A stretch of 62,421 nt of DNA, counting the filler. It is 6 parts of 6 records of this genome, joined end to end, with 100 filler letters (N's around TTAATTAATTAA, not from the genome) between each part and the next. Parts side by side here need not be neighbours in the genome. Positions count along the whole stretch, not along the records: positions 1 to 23,486 come from SRR20825010_3187; 5 more parts are not named here. The stretch is one strand, 5' to 3'. Each line of letters begins with the position of its first letter. The first letter of the stretch is position 1. The notes beneath the pieces are model-generated. The model did no database searches and was not told where the DNA came from. It saw only the letters and a list, made by a program, of their open reading frames with translations. The position numbers and the translations under genes were made by a program. Below are positions 10,693-20,484 of the stretch, piece after piece.

Positions 10693-11377
10693 GACGTTTT
10701 CTCCCGACTTCGAAAAGGAACCATGGGACCAACCAACTGGTCCAGGCGATAAGGCGGTGTGCGAAATCCGTTTCAGTACCCGTGACGATCGTGAACCCCA
10801 CCACCACTCGAAGCAGCAAAGGCGAACACAGCAACAAAAAACAGCGAGTTGCCCAAAGACGATGTTGGGTCATTCGCCCAACCATCGCACTGCGGATGGC
10901 CATCACCATCGTGATCGCTGTTGCCAATGACAATAGCGTGAAGGCTGCTTCAGCGGTTGGACCCGCCATGGCGTACTGAGCCATCACCAAGCCGCTAGGT
11001 AACAGGAACAGCAGAACCACTGCGGTTTGCACTCGGCCGACAACACGGTGCCACGAAGGAGTTGGTTTCTGCCGAGATCCGCTGAAGAACAAAACCGCAC
11101 CTTGAACCAGCGAGATTGGTCCGGCAACAATGTGAATGTAGAACGCGGCCCGATACCAACCGTGAAAGTGCCCTCGATGCGCGGACAGGAAAACGGAGTC
11201 CTGTAGGTCGGCTGGGAAGTAACCGCGGTATGGAATCAGTAGCTGAACCAAAACACTCATGCCGAGCACGATGGTCAGGGCAGTTGCCACCCGCAGCAGG
11301 CGGTTCAGTCGTGTTGTCTGAAGATTTGCGAACGCGTCTCGATCGGAATCTTTGAAGAGTGAATGCTCGGAAGCCAT
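10643..11377 (-). CDS. DUF2306-like membrane protein
   Basis: Multi-[17 protein letters not shown] and HRLWATR His motifs. Confidence 0.7.
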   Translation of the reverse strand: MASEHSLFKDSDRDAFANLQTTRLNRLLRVATALTIVLGMSVLVQLLIPYRGYFPADLQDSVFLSAHRGHFHGWYRAAFYIHIVAGPISLVQGAVLFFSGSRQKPTPSWHRVVGRVQTAVVLLFLLPSGLVMAQYAMAGPTAEAAFTLLSLATAITMVMAIRSAMVGRMTQHRLWATRCFLLLCSPLLLRVVVGFTIVTGTETDFAHRLIAWTSWLVPWFLFEVGRKRHDTAHHETKTPRLHTA

Positions 11378-11437
11378 CGGTTATCCTCCCGCTTGAGTCT
11401 AACCGCTCTAGAATCAACGCACCAAATGGATTGCATT

Positions 11438-11656
11438 ATGAACGAACCGCAAGCTTCCGCATCGAACCAGCAGACGCCCGGGGATTCTTCCGGAAACCAA
11501 GCCGCGAGCCAATGGAATCAGTGCGCACCCGCGAATGCGACGCAGGGTGTTTGTCCCGTTTGCTTGGGGCGAACCTTGATCGAAATTCGCGGCAAGTTGC
11601 AATGCGAACGCTGCCACACCATTTGCGAAACATGCTGCGAAGGTGGCCGCATCTAG
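11438..11656 (+). CDS. Small Cys-rich putative zinc-ribbon protein
   Basis: CPVC-x13-CERCHTICETCCEGG C-terminus; fills the gap between two minus-strand genes. Confidence 0.6.
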   Translation: MNEPQASASNQQTPGDSSGNQAASQWNQCAPANATQGVCPVCLGRTLIEIRGKLQCERCHTICETCCEGGRI

Positions 11657-11665
11657 GTGTTGCCG

Positions 11666-12994
11666 CTAATGCGGTTGCCTCACGAATCGCCAATCCGGAA
11701 CTTCCGCCACTCGCTCATTCGGGCTGCTGTCCGTTGCCTTCGGAGTGATCGGATTGTCGGACGGTTGTCGGATGAAGTTCCGTGTCGATGCGGATGGAGG
11801 CGGTTGATGAGTCAACGAATCTGTTGCAGAAGGCGTGGGCCACGACAGAGGTCCGACAGAGTCTGTTGACGGATCCGAGTTCTCTTCTGGATAAGGTGGC
11901 AGGAGTTGTTCCAGCGGCATCGCGTCGTCCAACGCTGGCTCCTCAATCGGAGAGTCCAGTAGGTCGCTCGAACTGGGCAATGAGTCTTCCGAGGATTCTT
12001 CTTTTTCCATTGAAGGCGGCGGAAGTTGCTGCGACTTTGCTTTCAACAGTTCGTTGACTTTGTTCTCGTCGAGCAATCGTCGTTGCTCGCTTCCAACTGG
12101 TGGTCCTCCAAACGTTTGAAACGGTTCCACTTCGTCTGGTTCGATCAAGTACTTCTTGTACTTCTTTTCTAAACGTTGGTGTTCTTGGTAGTCACGAAAG
12201 CGTTGGATCTCTTCTTCAGTCAACTGATGCTTGGGAAGCGATGTTGATTCAGCAGGTGCATCGATGTTGGTGTCAGTGTTGTTGAATGTTTGTACGGATT
12301 GCGTTGCCGTGGAGGGATCCTCGTTAGCCAACACCGAGAACCCATGGTGGGTGAATGTATCGATGTGGTTGGAGTGCAATTCGAAACGTGGTGAGTTGGT
12401 CTTCGGGTAGTGACCTTCGATGGACTCGTGGTCAAGAATGGGATCGACGGGACGGGCCCCCACCTCGGTCGCGGCGGCTTGGAAGCTGACTTCGCGGGCG
12501 TACTCATCAAAGCGATCGTAGAATGTCGGCCGCCTCGTCGTTGGTAACAAGGTTGGACGCAACGTGCTGAAGCCGTCACGGGTACCGCTGGTATGCAAAG
12601 GGTTTGGTTGGCACGTCCCCTGGCAATTTGGTGATTGGCAGTTGCGGCATCCCATCACTTTGTCGGCCAGGTTGCCGGTGCGAGCGGGATACGAGCGCGG
12701 TGGCAGATTCGCCATCGGACGCATGCCGCTGCTGTGGCATGTGTGATAGCCATCGCCCCAACTGCATCCGCAAAAGCGTCCGACCCGCTCGACCATCTCT
12801 GGGAATCCTGCTGAGGTGGTTCCGATCCAGCCGGGACCAGCTGACAACACGGTGCACCCAATCGCGACGGTGAGTATCCGACGACGTCGAAGCATTCGAT
12901 CCAAGCGAAGGACCGCGGCTGCGATCGTGCGGGTGGATGTTGCTTCGTGGGCGTCGGAGGCGGACGCATCAGTGGGTTTTAAAAACCATGTCAT
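11666..12994 (-). CDS. Hypothetical exported protein with Cys-rich N-domain and long low-complexity tail
   Basis: RRRR plus hydrophobic segment; CGCSWGDGYHTC and CRNCQSPNC; P/S/E-rich C-terminus. Confidence 0.6.
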   Translation of the reverse strand: MTWFLKPTDASASDAHEATSTRTIAAAVLRLDRMLRRRRILTVAIGCTVLSAGPGWIGTTSAGFPEMVERVGRFCGCSWGDGYHTCHSSGMRPMANLPPRSYPARTGNLADKVMGCRNCQSPNCQGTCQPNPLHTSGTRDGFSTLRPTLLPTTRRPTFYDRFDEYAREVSFQAAATEVGARPVDPILDHESIEGHYPKTNSPRFELHSNHIDTFTHHGFSVLANEDPSTATQSVQTFNNTDTNIDAPAESTSLPKHQLTEEEIQRFRDYQEHQRLEKKYKKYLIEPDEVEPFQTFGGPPVGSEQRRLLDENKVNELLKAKSQQLPPPSMEKEESSEDSLPSSSDLLDSPIEEPALDDAMPLEQLLPPYPEENSDPSTDSVGPLSWPTPSATDSLTHQPPPSASTRNFIRQPSDNPITPKATDSSPNERVAEVPDWRFVRQPH

Positions 12995-13579
12995 GAAACA
13001 GACTCAAGCAATGGCGGCGGGGCGAGACGCTTGGTCGCCGAAGCGATGCCATGCGATCGCGTCAGAGCGACGTCTCTCCCAGCGATCGGCACGAACCACC
13101 GGATCGCTTCATCCGCCAGAACAGTCGCAAGCGATTTTTGCGTCTGCTAGGTGGGTCGGAACGGTTAGTGAACTTAAGAGGCTGAGCCTCAGTTCCGTTC
13201 GTGAGCTGATGAAAATGAATGCCTCCAGAACGGCAAATTCCCATTGTCATCAGTGATCGGTGAGCCGGTTCATGCAGCGCAGTTGCAGATGCTTAGCCGT
13301 TAGCTGCGGAGTCGTCACGGTCGGGCCTTGGCGTTGTTGAGCAGGTGATTGCTCAAACTGTGTAGCTGGACCGAGTGCGGTTCGATCCGCTGTGCAAAAT
13401 CACATTGAAAATTTCAAAATAAGACATATTGTCGATTGACGGCAGGCTAAGCTATCGGCAGCATTTTACCCGTCACCAGTGTTTTGCGGTGTTTGGCGAT
13501 TTCGATAGGCGTTTGGAACGCTCGGATGTGTCCATGCCCGGGTGCTCACAATTATCTCCCTCGTTTGTAGATAAGAAAT

Positions 13580-13789
13580 ATGTCCATGAAGAAGTTCGTG
13601 CATGCGGCTGCGCTGGTCGCGTTCTGCTGCATTTTGTCGCCCGGTTGCGGCGGTGGTGCTGAGAACTCGGTGGCGGCTCCGCCCGAGAAAGTTCCGACTG
13701 CGGAAGAGTTGGCTGCTTCTTACGAAGCTCAAGCCAAGGACTACCAGCAGCAACAGCGAGAGATGCAGCAACGGGACTCCAGTCGTTGA
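13580..13789 (+). CDS. Small lipoprotein upstream of DUF1559
   Basis: MKK + hydrophobic stretch + LSPGC lipobox-like motif; Q-rich helix; upstream AAGAAA. Confidence 0.75.
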   Translation: MSMKKFVHAAALVAFCCILSPGCGGGAENSVAAPPEKVPTAEELAASYEAQAKDYQQQQREMQQRDSSR

Positions 13790-13869
13790 TTTACCCGGGA
13801 GCAGGTGAGACGCCAGTCTCGCGGTTCCTGATTCTTTTCTGTTTTTGAAAGCTTTTCTGAGAGGTTCGT

Positions 13870-15024
13870 ATGAATTCAAACTTTGTCCGCCATAGCCGCA
13901 AAGGCTTTACTTTGGTGGAGCTCCTGGTCGTGATCGCGATCATCGGTGTTCTTGTCGGTTTGCTCTTGCCGGCTGTTCAAGCAGCTCGTGAAGCCGCTCG
14001 CCGCATGAGTTGCAGCAATAATTTCAAGCAAATCGGCTTGGGCCTGCACAATTATCATTCCGCATTTGCTCAGTTCCCTCAGCAGATGGGCGGCACGTAT
14101 TGCTGCACCGGTGCGGGGGCACAGGGCGACAACTCGTATTTGTTGAGTTGGTTGGTTGGTATCCTGCCGCAAATCGAGCAGCAAGGATTGTGGGAGCAAA
14201 TCAGCAATCCGCTCGCTCTGAATGGTGACGGGAGTGCCAAGAGTCCTCCTTACCAAGCGATGGGACCTGTGCCATGGGACACCAACTACACCCCATGGCG
14301 GACGACCGTCGGAACGTTCCGTTGTCCCAGCGACCCGACCATCGGAACAGCGGGCCAAACGGGATTGAACAACTACTCCGCATGCATTGGCGACTCGATT
14401 CAAACGACTCACACCGGCGGCATCAACAACGATGGCACGGTGGCGGATGCCGGAGCCAAGTCACGCCAACGCGGCGTTTTCGAGAGTCACTTCTCAACTC
14501 GTTTCCGCGACATCTTGGACGGTACATCCAACACGATCGCATGTGGCGAAATCGTCACCGATGCGGGGAACTTGGAAATCAATTCGCAACCCAAGATGAA
14601 TCAACGCGATCCGTTCTTCTTTGATCCCGAGTTGTGTTATCGAGACAACGTTGACCCCGCGCGACCTCAGTTTTGGCTCGACGGCAACGAGACCGGCGCA
14701 GCCGATCAACGTCGTGGCAAGCGTTGGGCAGATGGTCGTCCGATGTTCACGAGTGTGAACACGGTGCGTCCACCCAACAAGGAAAGCTGTTTGTGGGGTG
14801 GGGATGGTTCCGACGGGACCTACACCATGGGAAGTCGCCATCAAGGCGGGTGCCACATTCTGATGGCTGATGGTGCGGTGAAATTCATCACCGACAGCAT
14901 TGAGTCAGGTAACCAAAACCGCGCGACGCTTCCGAAAGCGGGCCAGCCCGGCGAGAAGAGTCCCTACGGATTGTGGGGTGCCTTGGGTACCAAAGCGGGA
15001 AAAGAAACGGAGTCGCTCGAATAG
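13870..15024 (+). CDS. DUF1559 prepilin-like protein with H-X9-DG motif
   Basis: GFTLVELLVVIAIIGVLVGLLLPAVQAAREAARR; SRHQGGCHILMADG; GAGAGG RBS. Confidence 0.95.
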   Translation: MNSNFVRHSRKGFTLVELLVVIAIIGVLVGLLLPAVQAAREAARRMSCSNNFKQIGLGLHNYHSAFAQFPQQMGGTYCCTGAGAQGDNSYLLSWLVGILPQIEQQGLWEQISNPLALNGDGSAKSPPYQAMGPVPWDTNYTPWRTTVGTFRCPSDPTIGTAGQTGLNNYSACIGDSIQTTHTGGINNDGTVADAGAKSRQRGVFESHFSTRFRDILDGTSNTIACGEIVTDAGNLEINSQPKMNQRDPFFFDPELCYRDNVDPARPQFWLDGNETGAADQRRGKRWADGRPMFTSVNTVRPPNKESCLWGGDGSDGTYTMGSRHQGGCHILMADGAVKFITDSIESGNQNRATLPKAGQPGEKSPYGLWGALGTKAGKETESLE

Positions 15025-15058
15025 AGCTGACTTTGATCTTCGCCGTTTGCAACGAATG

Positions 15059-15100
15059 AATGTTGCTCGGGTCATCGCGACCCGAGCAACATTTTGTTTT
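15059..15100 (+). terminator. Intrinsic terminator after DUF1559
   Basis: 15-bp perfect stem AATGTTGCTCGGGTC / GACCCGAGCAACATT, 5-nt loop, followed by TTGTTTT. Confidence 0.8.
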
Positions 15101-15118
15101 GAATAGGGGCCAAATGGG

Positions 15119-18100
15119 ATGAGACCGACGATGCATCAAATGATCGTGAGTCACAACGCTGCGACACGGATCCGATTCCTGTTCACGCTAGAAGCGAAGA
15201 ACGCCAACTGGCGTCGCTTGGTCCCGATCCTTCTGCTCTTCGGATTAATGACTCAGTCAGGTTGCGGCTCCCGCGACTCAGTCGACCGACCGGATTCGGC
15301 CGATGGTTCGATCGCTACAAATCGCGACACGGTGAATGATGACGCGGTGCAAATCGCAGCGGCGGCTCCACCTTCGGAGACCGAACAACTCTCGCCCGAC
15401 GAACTCCAGGAACGAGTTGGGGATTTGGTTCATCAGAGTCGGTATGCCGAAGCGGAAGAACTGAATCGGTCGTTGCTGCTGTTGCGGCCTGATTCACCCG
15501 CTGCACTTTTCTTGGCGGCGCGGATTGCGCAAGGACAGAATGAATTCGACGTTGCCATTTCGTATCTTCAAGCGATTCCGCCGGATCACCCTGAGGCTGG
15601 GTTGCCGGCTTTAGGACAAGTCGCGGACTGGTTGCAGGATGCTGGCCGTTTTGAAGAGGCGGAATCAACTTATCGCGAGATGCTTTCCCGCTTTGGTGAC
15701 TTGGTTCCCGTCCATCGGCGGCTGGCGAACCTGCTGAATGCTCAAGGACGACGCGTCGAAGCGACCCGTCATGTCGAAGCGTTGATCCGGCTGGGAGATG
15801 TGACTGAAAAAGAATTGCTGAGCATGACGACGCTGAGTGTTCCGTATCACGACGACGAGCCATTGGCAACGGAACTCGTTTCATCAACCAAACCAATCCA
15901 CGAAACGCTGAGCTTGAAAGACTTGGCGAGAGCCAAGCAGTTGTTGGTTCAGAATGAAGCTGAGGATGCCAAATATTTGGTGCGACAACTGCGAGCGGCG
16001 TTTCCAGATTCATCTTGCGTCGCTGCATTCGAAGGACGCGTTTACGAGGCATTGCAGTCCGATTTGGATCTCGAAAAGTGGTTTGCCGCCCTGCCAAAGT
16101 CAGTCGAGCAGGAAGCCGAGTACTGGACTGCGATCGGGCAATGGTCTTTGCGTTTGAAGCAACCCTCCGTGGCCATTCGTGCTTTCGGCGAAGCGGTCCA
16201 AATCGATCCCACCGATCGAGTCGCTTACCTTCGAATGGCCGAAGCGTTGGCAATGCTTGGCGAGTTGGATGCGGCCGAGCGGATTTTGAAGCGAAAGAAG
16301 TGGCTGGATGAGGCTTGGCAAATGGCGATCAACGTGGGTTTGAATCGCGAAAACCGTCGGCAGGATTTGAGGACGCTCGTGGAGCAACTTGAAAAACTCG
16401 GTCGTCATTGGGAAGCCATTTCTTGGCAAACCATCTTGGCCTACGAAGAAGGTCGTTTGGAAGAAGCGATGCCCGAGTTGAAGCAAGCCAGGCAACGTCT
16501 CACACAGGACCATCCCCCTCCACCCGACTTGCTGTGCGGTCTTGAATTGCAGCGTTGGCCTCTACCCACCGCCACGGAACTGTTGGCTGATGCCGCGTCG
16601 AACTCGAGTGTGACAAAACGATCAAGCGATCCACTCACGACTGCTATCCCGGTCCAGATGGTCGACGTCGCGGCGAAGATCGGCGTTGACTTTCAATTTC
16701 GCAATCATCTCGACACCGACCCAAGTCATTTACGAATGAGCCAGGTCAACGGTGGAGGCATCGCGGTCGTTGACTTCGATCTGGATGGTTGGCCGGATTT
16801 GTATTTTTGTGACGCGGGAGGCCCGCCCAATGATCCCGCCGGTTCGGGGCCAAACCAGTTGTTTCGAAATTTGGGTGGGCAAACGACTCGAAACGTTTCC
16901 GTCGCATCCGGCAGCGATGATCGGTCGTACGCCCAGGGAGCCACGACCGCGGATCTGAATCAGGATGGATTCCCTGATTTGGTGATCGCGAACATTGGTG
17001 CCAACGTGATGTGCATCAACAACGGCGACGGGACCTATTCGCCTCAAACGATTGCAGGATCGGATGGATGGACCAGCAGCATCGTCTGCGGGGACTTGGA
17101 CGGGGACCGGTTGCCGGAGATCGTCGAGGTCAACTACATCGATGACGAAACCGCGTTTGAAACTAAGTGTTGGGGTGAGGGTTTTGATTGTTCACCGCGA
17201 ATCTTTGCTCCCGCCAAAGATCGCTTTTTGAAGCGGATGGCAAACGGCGATTGGCATGAGTGGCCACGTGTTGACGCGGACCATCAAGAACCCAATTACG
17301 CTTTCGCGGGAATCATCGCGGACTTTGATCGACAGGCAGGGAACGACTTGTTTCTTTCCAACGACACGACTAACAATCACTTTTGGGTCAGTCAGCCCGG
17401 TGGCGATGGCGCTTTGGAATTGAAGGAACAAGCGATCCTTCGCGGGTGCGCATCGGGTGATAATGCGGAAACGCAAGGTTGCATGGGGATCGCGGGTGGC
17501 GATTTTGACCGCGACGGTTCGTTGGATTTGTTTGTGACGAATTACTATGCACAGCCCAACAATCTATTCTTGCAGAGGATGCCAGGTTTTTTTACGGATA
17601 TGGCATCCCCGTTTGGGCTGGCTGATGACGGTCGTGAGATAGTTGGATTTGGAACCCAGGCATCGGACCTGAACCGAGATGGATGGTTGGATTTGACCGT
17701 CGTCAATGGGCATGTTTTCGAACCCGCTCAGAACGGTACACCCGACATTCCGTTTCGAATGTTGCCGCAGTTGTTTCGAGGCGACCCGTCGGGATTTGTG
17801 ACGCAAGGGGTGTCTGAGTTGGATGACTCATCAGACGGTTCGTCATCTTTTTGGCAAACACCTCGGATTGGCAGGACGCTGGTTCGTTTGGATTTCAATC
17901 GAGACGGTCGGCCTGATTTAGTGGCCAATTCGTTGGACGCTCCCGTTTCCATTTTGGAAAATCGCACCGAGACCCAGCATTGGTTGCGAGTTGATTTGGT
18001 CGGCACGGCGTCGGAACGCGACGCGGTGGGGGCGGAGGTGATTGCGGTTTGTGGTGACGAGCAGTGGCACGCTTGGATGATTGGCGGGACCTACATGGGG

Positions 18101-18295
18101 GCCAATGAGAAAACGGTTGATGTCGGGATCGGCATTCATGATCGGATCGATCAGTTGCACATCAAGTGGCCGTCCGGAACGCAGCAATCCTTTGAAAACA
18201 TTCCTGCGGATTCACACTGTTTGGTTGTTGAGTCGGGCAAAGTGGTTCAGTTCTTCGAAGTCGCAAAACACGCGAATGAGGATCGCGGCGGTTGA
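15119..18295 (+). CDS. TPR + FG-GAP/VCBS + ASPIC/UnbV (CRTAC1-family) lipoprotein
   Basis: SGC lipobox-like motif; TPR helices; repeated DFDLDGWPDL/DLNQDGFPDL loops; C-terminal GIG...IKWPSG. Confidence 0.88.
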   Translation: MRPTMHQMIVSHNAATRIRFLFTLEAKNANWRRLVPILLLFGLMTQSGCGSRDSVDRPDSADGSIATNRDTVNDDAVQIAAAAPPSETEQLSPDELQERVGDLVHQSRYAEAEELNRSLLLLRPDSPAALFLAARIAQGQNEFDVAISYLQAIPPDHPEAGLPALGQVADWLQDAGRFEEAESTYREMLSRFGDLVPVHRRLANLLNAQGRRVEATRHVEALIRLGDVTEKELLSMTTLSVPYHDDEPLATELVSSTKPIHETLSLKDLARAKQLLVQNEAEDAKYLVRQLRAAFPDSSCVAAFEGRVYEALQSDLDLEKWFAALPKSVEQEAEYWTAIGQWSLRLKQPSVAIRAFGEAVQIDPTDRVAYLRMAEALAMLGELDAAERILKRKKWLDEAWQMAINVGLNRENRRQDLRTLVEQLEKLGRHWEAISWQTILAYEEGRLEEAMPELKQARQRLTQDHPPPPDLLCGLELQRWPLPTATELLADAASNSSVTKRSSDPLTTAIPVQMVDVAAKIGVDFQFRNHLDTDPSHLRMSQVNGGGIAVVDFDLDGWPDLYFCDAGGPPNDPAGSGPNQLFRNLGGQTTRNVSVASGSDDRSYAQGATTADLNQDGFPDLVIANIGANVMCINNGDGTYSPQTIAGSDGWTSSIVCGDLDGDRLPEIVEVNYIDDETAFETKCWGEGFDCSPRIFAPAKDRFLKRMANGDWHEWPRVDADHQEPNYAFAGIIADFDRQAGNDLFLSNDTTNNHFWVSQPGGDGALELKEQAILRGCASGDNAETQGCMGIAGGDFDRDGSLDLFVTNYYAQPNNLFLQRMPGFFTDMASPFGLADDGREIVGFGTQASDLNRDGWLDLTVVNGHVFEPAQNGTPDIPFRMLPQLFRGDPSGFVTQGVSELDDSSDGSSSFWQTPRIGRTLVRLDFNRDGRPDLVANSLDAPVSILENRTETQHWLRVDLVGTASERDAVGAEVIAVCGDEQWHAWMIGGTYMGANEKTVDVGIGIHDRIDQLHIKWPSGTQQSFENIPADSHCLVVESGKVVQFFEVAKHANEDRGG

Positions 18296-18404
18296 GGCGA
18301 CTTGGGTTCCAGCAAACCCGGATTGTGTCGGTGATTGGGTGGTTGGTGACTTGCTGAATCGGCGGACTCTCGGCAGCCTCGACGCAGTCGGTTAATTTGG
18401 GTGC

Positions 18405-19619
18405 ATGATTCACTCTAAATTGATGGTCGCCACGAGCGACTCGGATGACGGTTCTGCTTCCAAAAACTCTGGCTCAAACGCGGTTCAGGTGATGGCGGGA
18501 CTCGCCGATCGAAACGCGAATTTGTTTCGTCGGTTGGGAATTGCGTTGGGTGATCCTGCCGCCTGGCTGAAATTGCCCGATGGAAAGAACATCGGGATCG
18601 TGCGTGATTTGGAAATGGACCGCACGCGTGCCGCAGGGCGTTTGGACCGGGTTCACTGCCCCGCTGATTTTCCGCCCGCCTCAGGTTCCGCCAGTGGCGA
18701 TCGCGAAACCGCGTCGGCTCAATCAGTTGCTCGGTTCTTGCAGCTTCAATCCATCGATCAAGTGGTTGTCGATCGAGCGTTCCCGTTCATCTACGCATGG
18801 CATTTGGCTGACGCGGGGATTGCGGTGGCTTATGACGATGATCTTGGGGTGATCGACCGCCGAGTCAAAACAGACGAAGAAATCGACTGGCTTCGAAAAG
18901 CTCAATCGGTCACCGAAGCGGTCATGCGGCAGATGTGCGAAATGATCGCCACGGCAGATGTCGGTTCAGAAGGCCGGTTGATGTTCGGTGGCGAGCCGTT
19001 GACCAGCGAAAGAGTTCGCACGATGGCTGGGGAAGCGTTCATGAAACGCAATTACACGATGAGCCATGGTGCGATCGTTGCCACCTTGCCCGATTCAGCA
19101 GACTGCCATCATCGTGGCGACGGCAATTTGTATACGGGTCATCCGGTCATCGTCGATTTGTTTCCACGTGATGAGTCGACTCGTTACAACGGCGACTGCA
19201 CACGAACCGTGGTCAACGGAACGCCCAGCGAGACGGTTCAGAAGATGCATGCCGCCGTGGTCGCGTCCAAGGAAGCTGCCGAGGCCGTCTTGTTCCCTGG
19301 GCGAACGGGCGAAGAAGTCCAGTTGGCAGTCGAGAAAGTCTTGGTCGGTCATGGCTATCCGATCTCACGTGGTGAGTTGACCGATGGTCCTTCGATTCAA
19401 CACGGCACCGGCCATGGAATTGGATTGGAAGTTCACGAGCCAATTCTGCTGGATCACGGCGGAGGCGAAATGCTCGCGGGTGAAGTTTTCACGGTCGAAC
19501 CGGGATTGTATGGGCGTCAAGATGGTGGCGTTCGCGTCGAAGACATGTTGGTCGTGACGGCGGACGGTCCTGTCAACTTGAACCAGTTACCCATGGGGCT
19601 GGATTGGAATCCAAACTGA
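18405..19619 (+). CDS. M24-family Xaa-Pro peptidase
   Basis: YNGDCTRT, HGTGHGIGLEVHEP, TVEPGLY, GGVRVED. Confidence 0.92.
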   Translation: MIHSKLMVATSDSDDGSASKNSGSNAVQVMAGLADRNANLFRRLGIALGDPAAWLKLPDGKNIGIVRDLEMDRTRAAGRLDRVHCPADFPPASGSASGDRETASAQSVARFLQLQSIDQVVVDRAFPFIYAWHLADAGIAVAYDDDLGVIDRRVKTDEEIDWLRKAQSVTEAVMRQMCEMIATADVGSEGRLMFGGEPLTSERVRTMAGEAFMKRNYTMSHGAIVATLPDSADCHHRGDGNLYTGHPVIVDLFPRDESTRYNGDCTRTVVNGTPSETVQKMHAAVVASKEAAEAVLFPGRTGEEVQLAVEKVLVGHGYPISRGELTDGPSIQHGTGHGIGLEVHEPILLDHGGGEMLAGEVFTVEPGLYGRQDGGVRVEDMLVVTADGPVNLNQLPMGLDWNPN

Positions 19620-20281
19620 TGCCTGTTTCGACGCCTCTGGCCATCACACTGTCGGGACACGAATTGGAACTGTATCCCGGCGGCTTGTACTGGCCAAAGC
19701 ATCAGGCGTTGATGGTGTCGGATCTGCATTTGGGAAAAGACGCGACGTTTCGGCGTCATGGGATCGGCGTGCCGGTTGGATCCAGCCGTGCGACGCTGCG
19801 TTGTGTTTCGGACATGCTGGAAGCCAGCGGCGCAACGGAACTCTTTGTGATCGGTGACTTGTTCCATGCGCGCAGTTCGTTGTCGATGGATGCGACCTCG
19901 TTGTTTGGTGGTTTTCTCGATCATCACCACGACGTCGCGGTAACTTTAATCGAAGGCAATCACGATCGTGCGGTCGGGGCGTTGCCGGAGTCTTGGCCGA
20001 TGGAAGTTGTGCTTGGGACATTCCACCTGGACACGCTGGCGATGGCCCATGAGCCCGGTTCATTGCCATCCGATGCTGATCTGTTGGTCAGCGGTCATCT
20101 GCATCCGGCTCATGTGCTCAGCGATGGCGGCGAGTCGACGGGAAAGTTGCCGTGCTTTTGGTGGTCCAGCGGCTGTTTGGTGCTGCCCGCTTGCGGACGG
20201 TTTACCGGAACGATGAGGATCTCGCCGAAAGAAAACGATCGCATCTGGGTGATCGCTGATGAGCAGGTCGTCGCGGTCTGA
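19619..20281 (+). CDS. pdeM: Ligase-associated DNA damage response endonuclease PdeM-like metallophosphoesterase
   Basis: SDLHLGK, GDLFH, GNHD, HEP and GHLHP motifs; TGATG overlap with the peptidase stop. Confidence 0.82.
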   Translation: MPVSTPLAITLSGHELELYPGGLYWPKHQALMVSDLHLGKDATFRRHGIGVPVGSSRATLRCVSDMLEASGATELFVIGDLFHARSSLSMDATSLFGGFLDHHHDVAVTLIEGNHDRAVGALPESWPMEVVLGTFHLDTLAMAHEPGSLPSDADLLVSGHLHPAHVLSDGGESTGKLPCFWWSSGCLVLPACGRFTGTMRISPKENDRIWVIADEQVVAV

Positions 20282-20484
20282 ATTCACGCATCGCAATCCT
20301 TGTCGATCTCGCTGCTCAGAATTCGTGTGCAGGTTGACGCGCCCCGTCGCAAGTCACTTCTTGCCCATCATTCGAACCGCGGCGTTTGTCTTTTGCTCGG
20401 TTCGCATGGATTTCGTTTCAAACGGTTACATTGCGTTACCGAAACGGAGGCGAGATCGATTCCGATATCGAGGAAAGTGGGCGA

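Noticed and set aside
11600..11620. CxxCH as a c-type cytochrome
   Set aside because: No signal peptide, and the motif is embedded in a larger Cys cluster more typical of Zn binding
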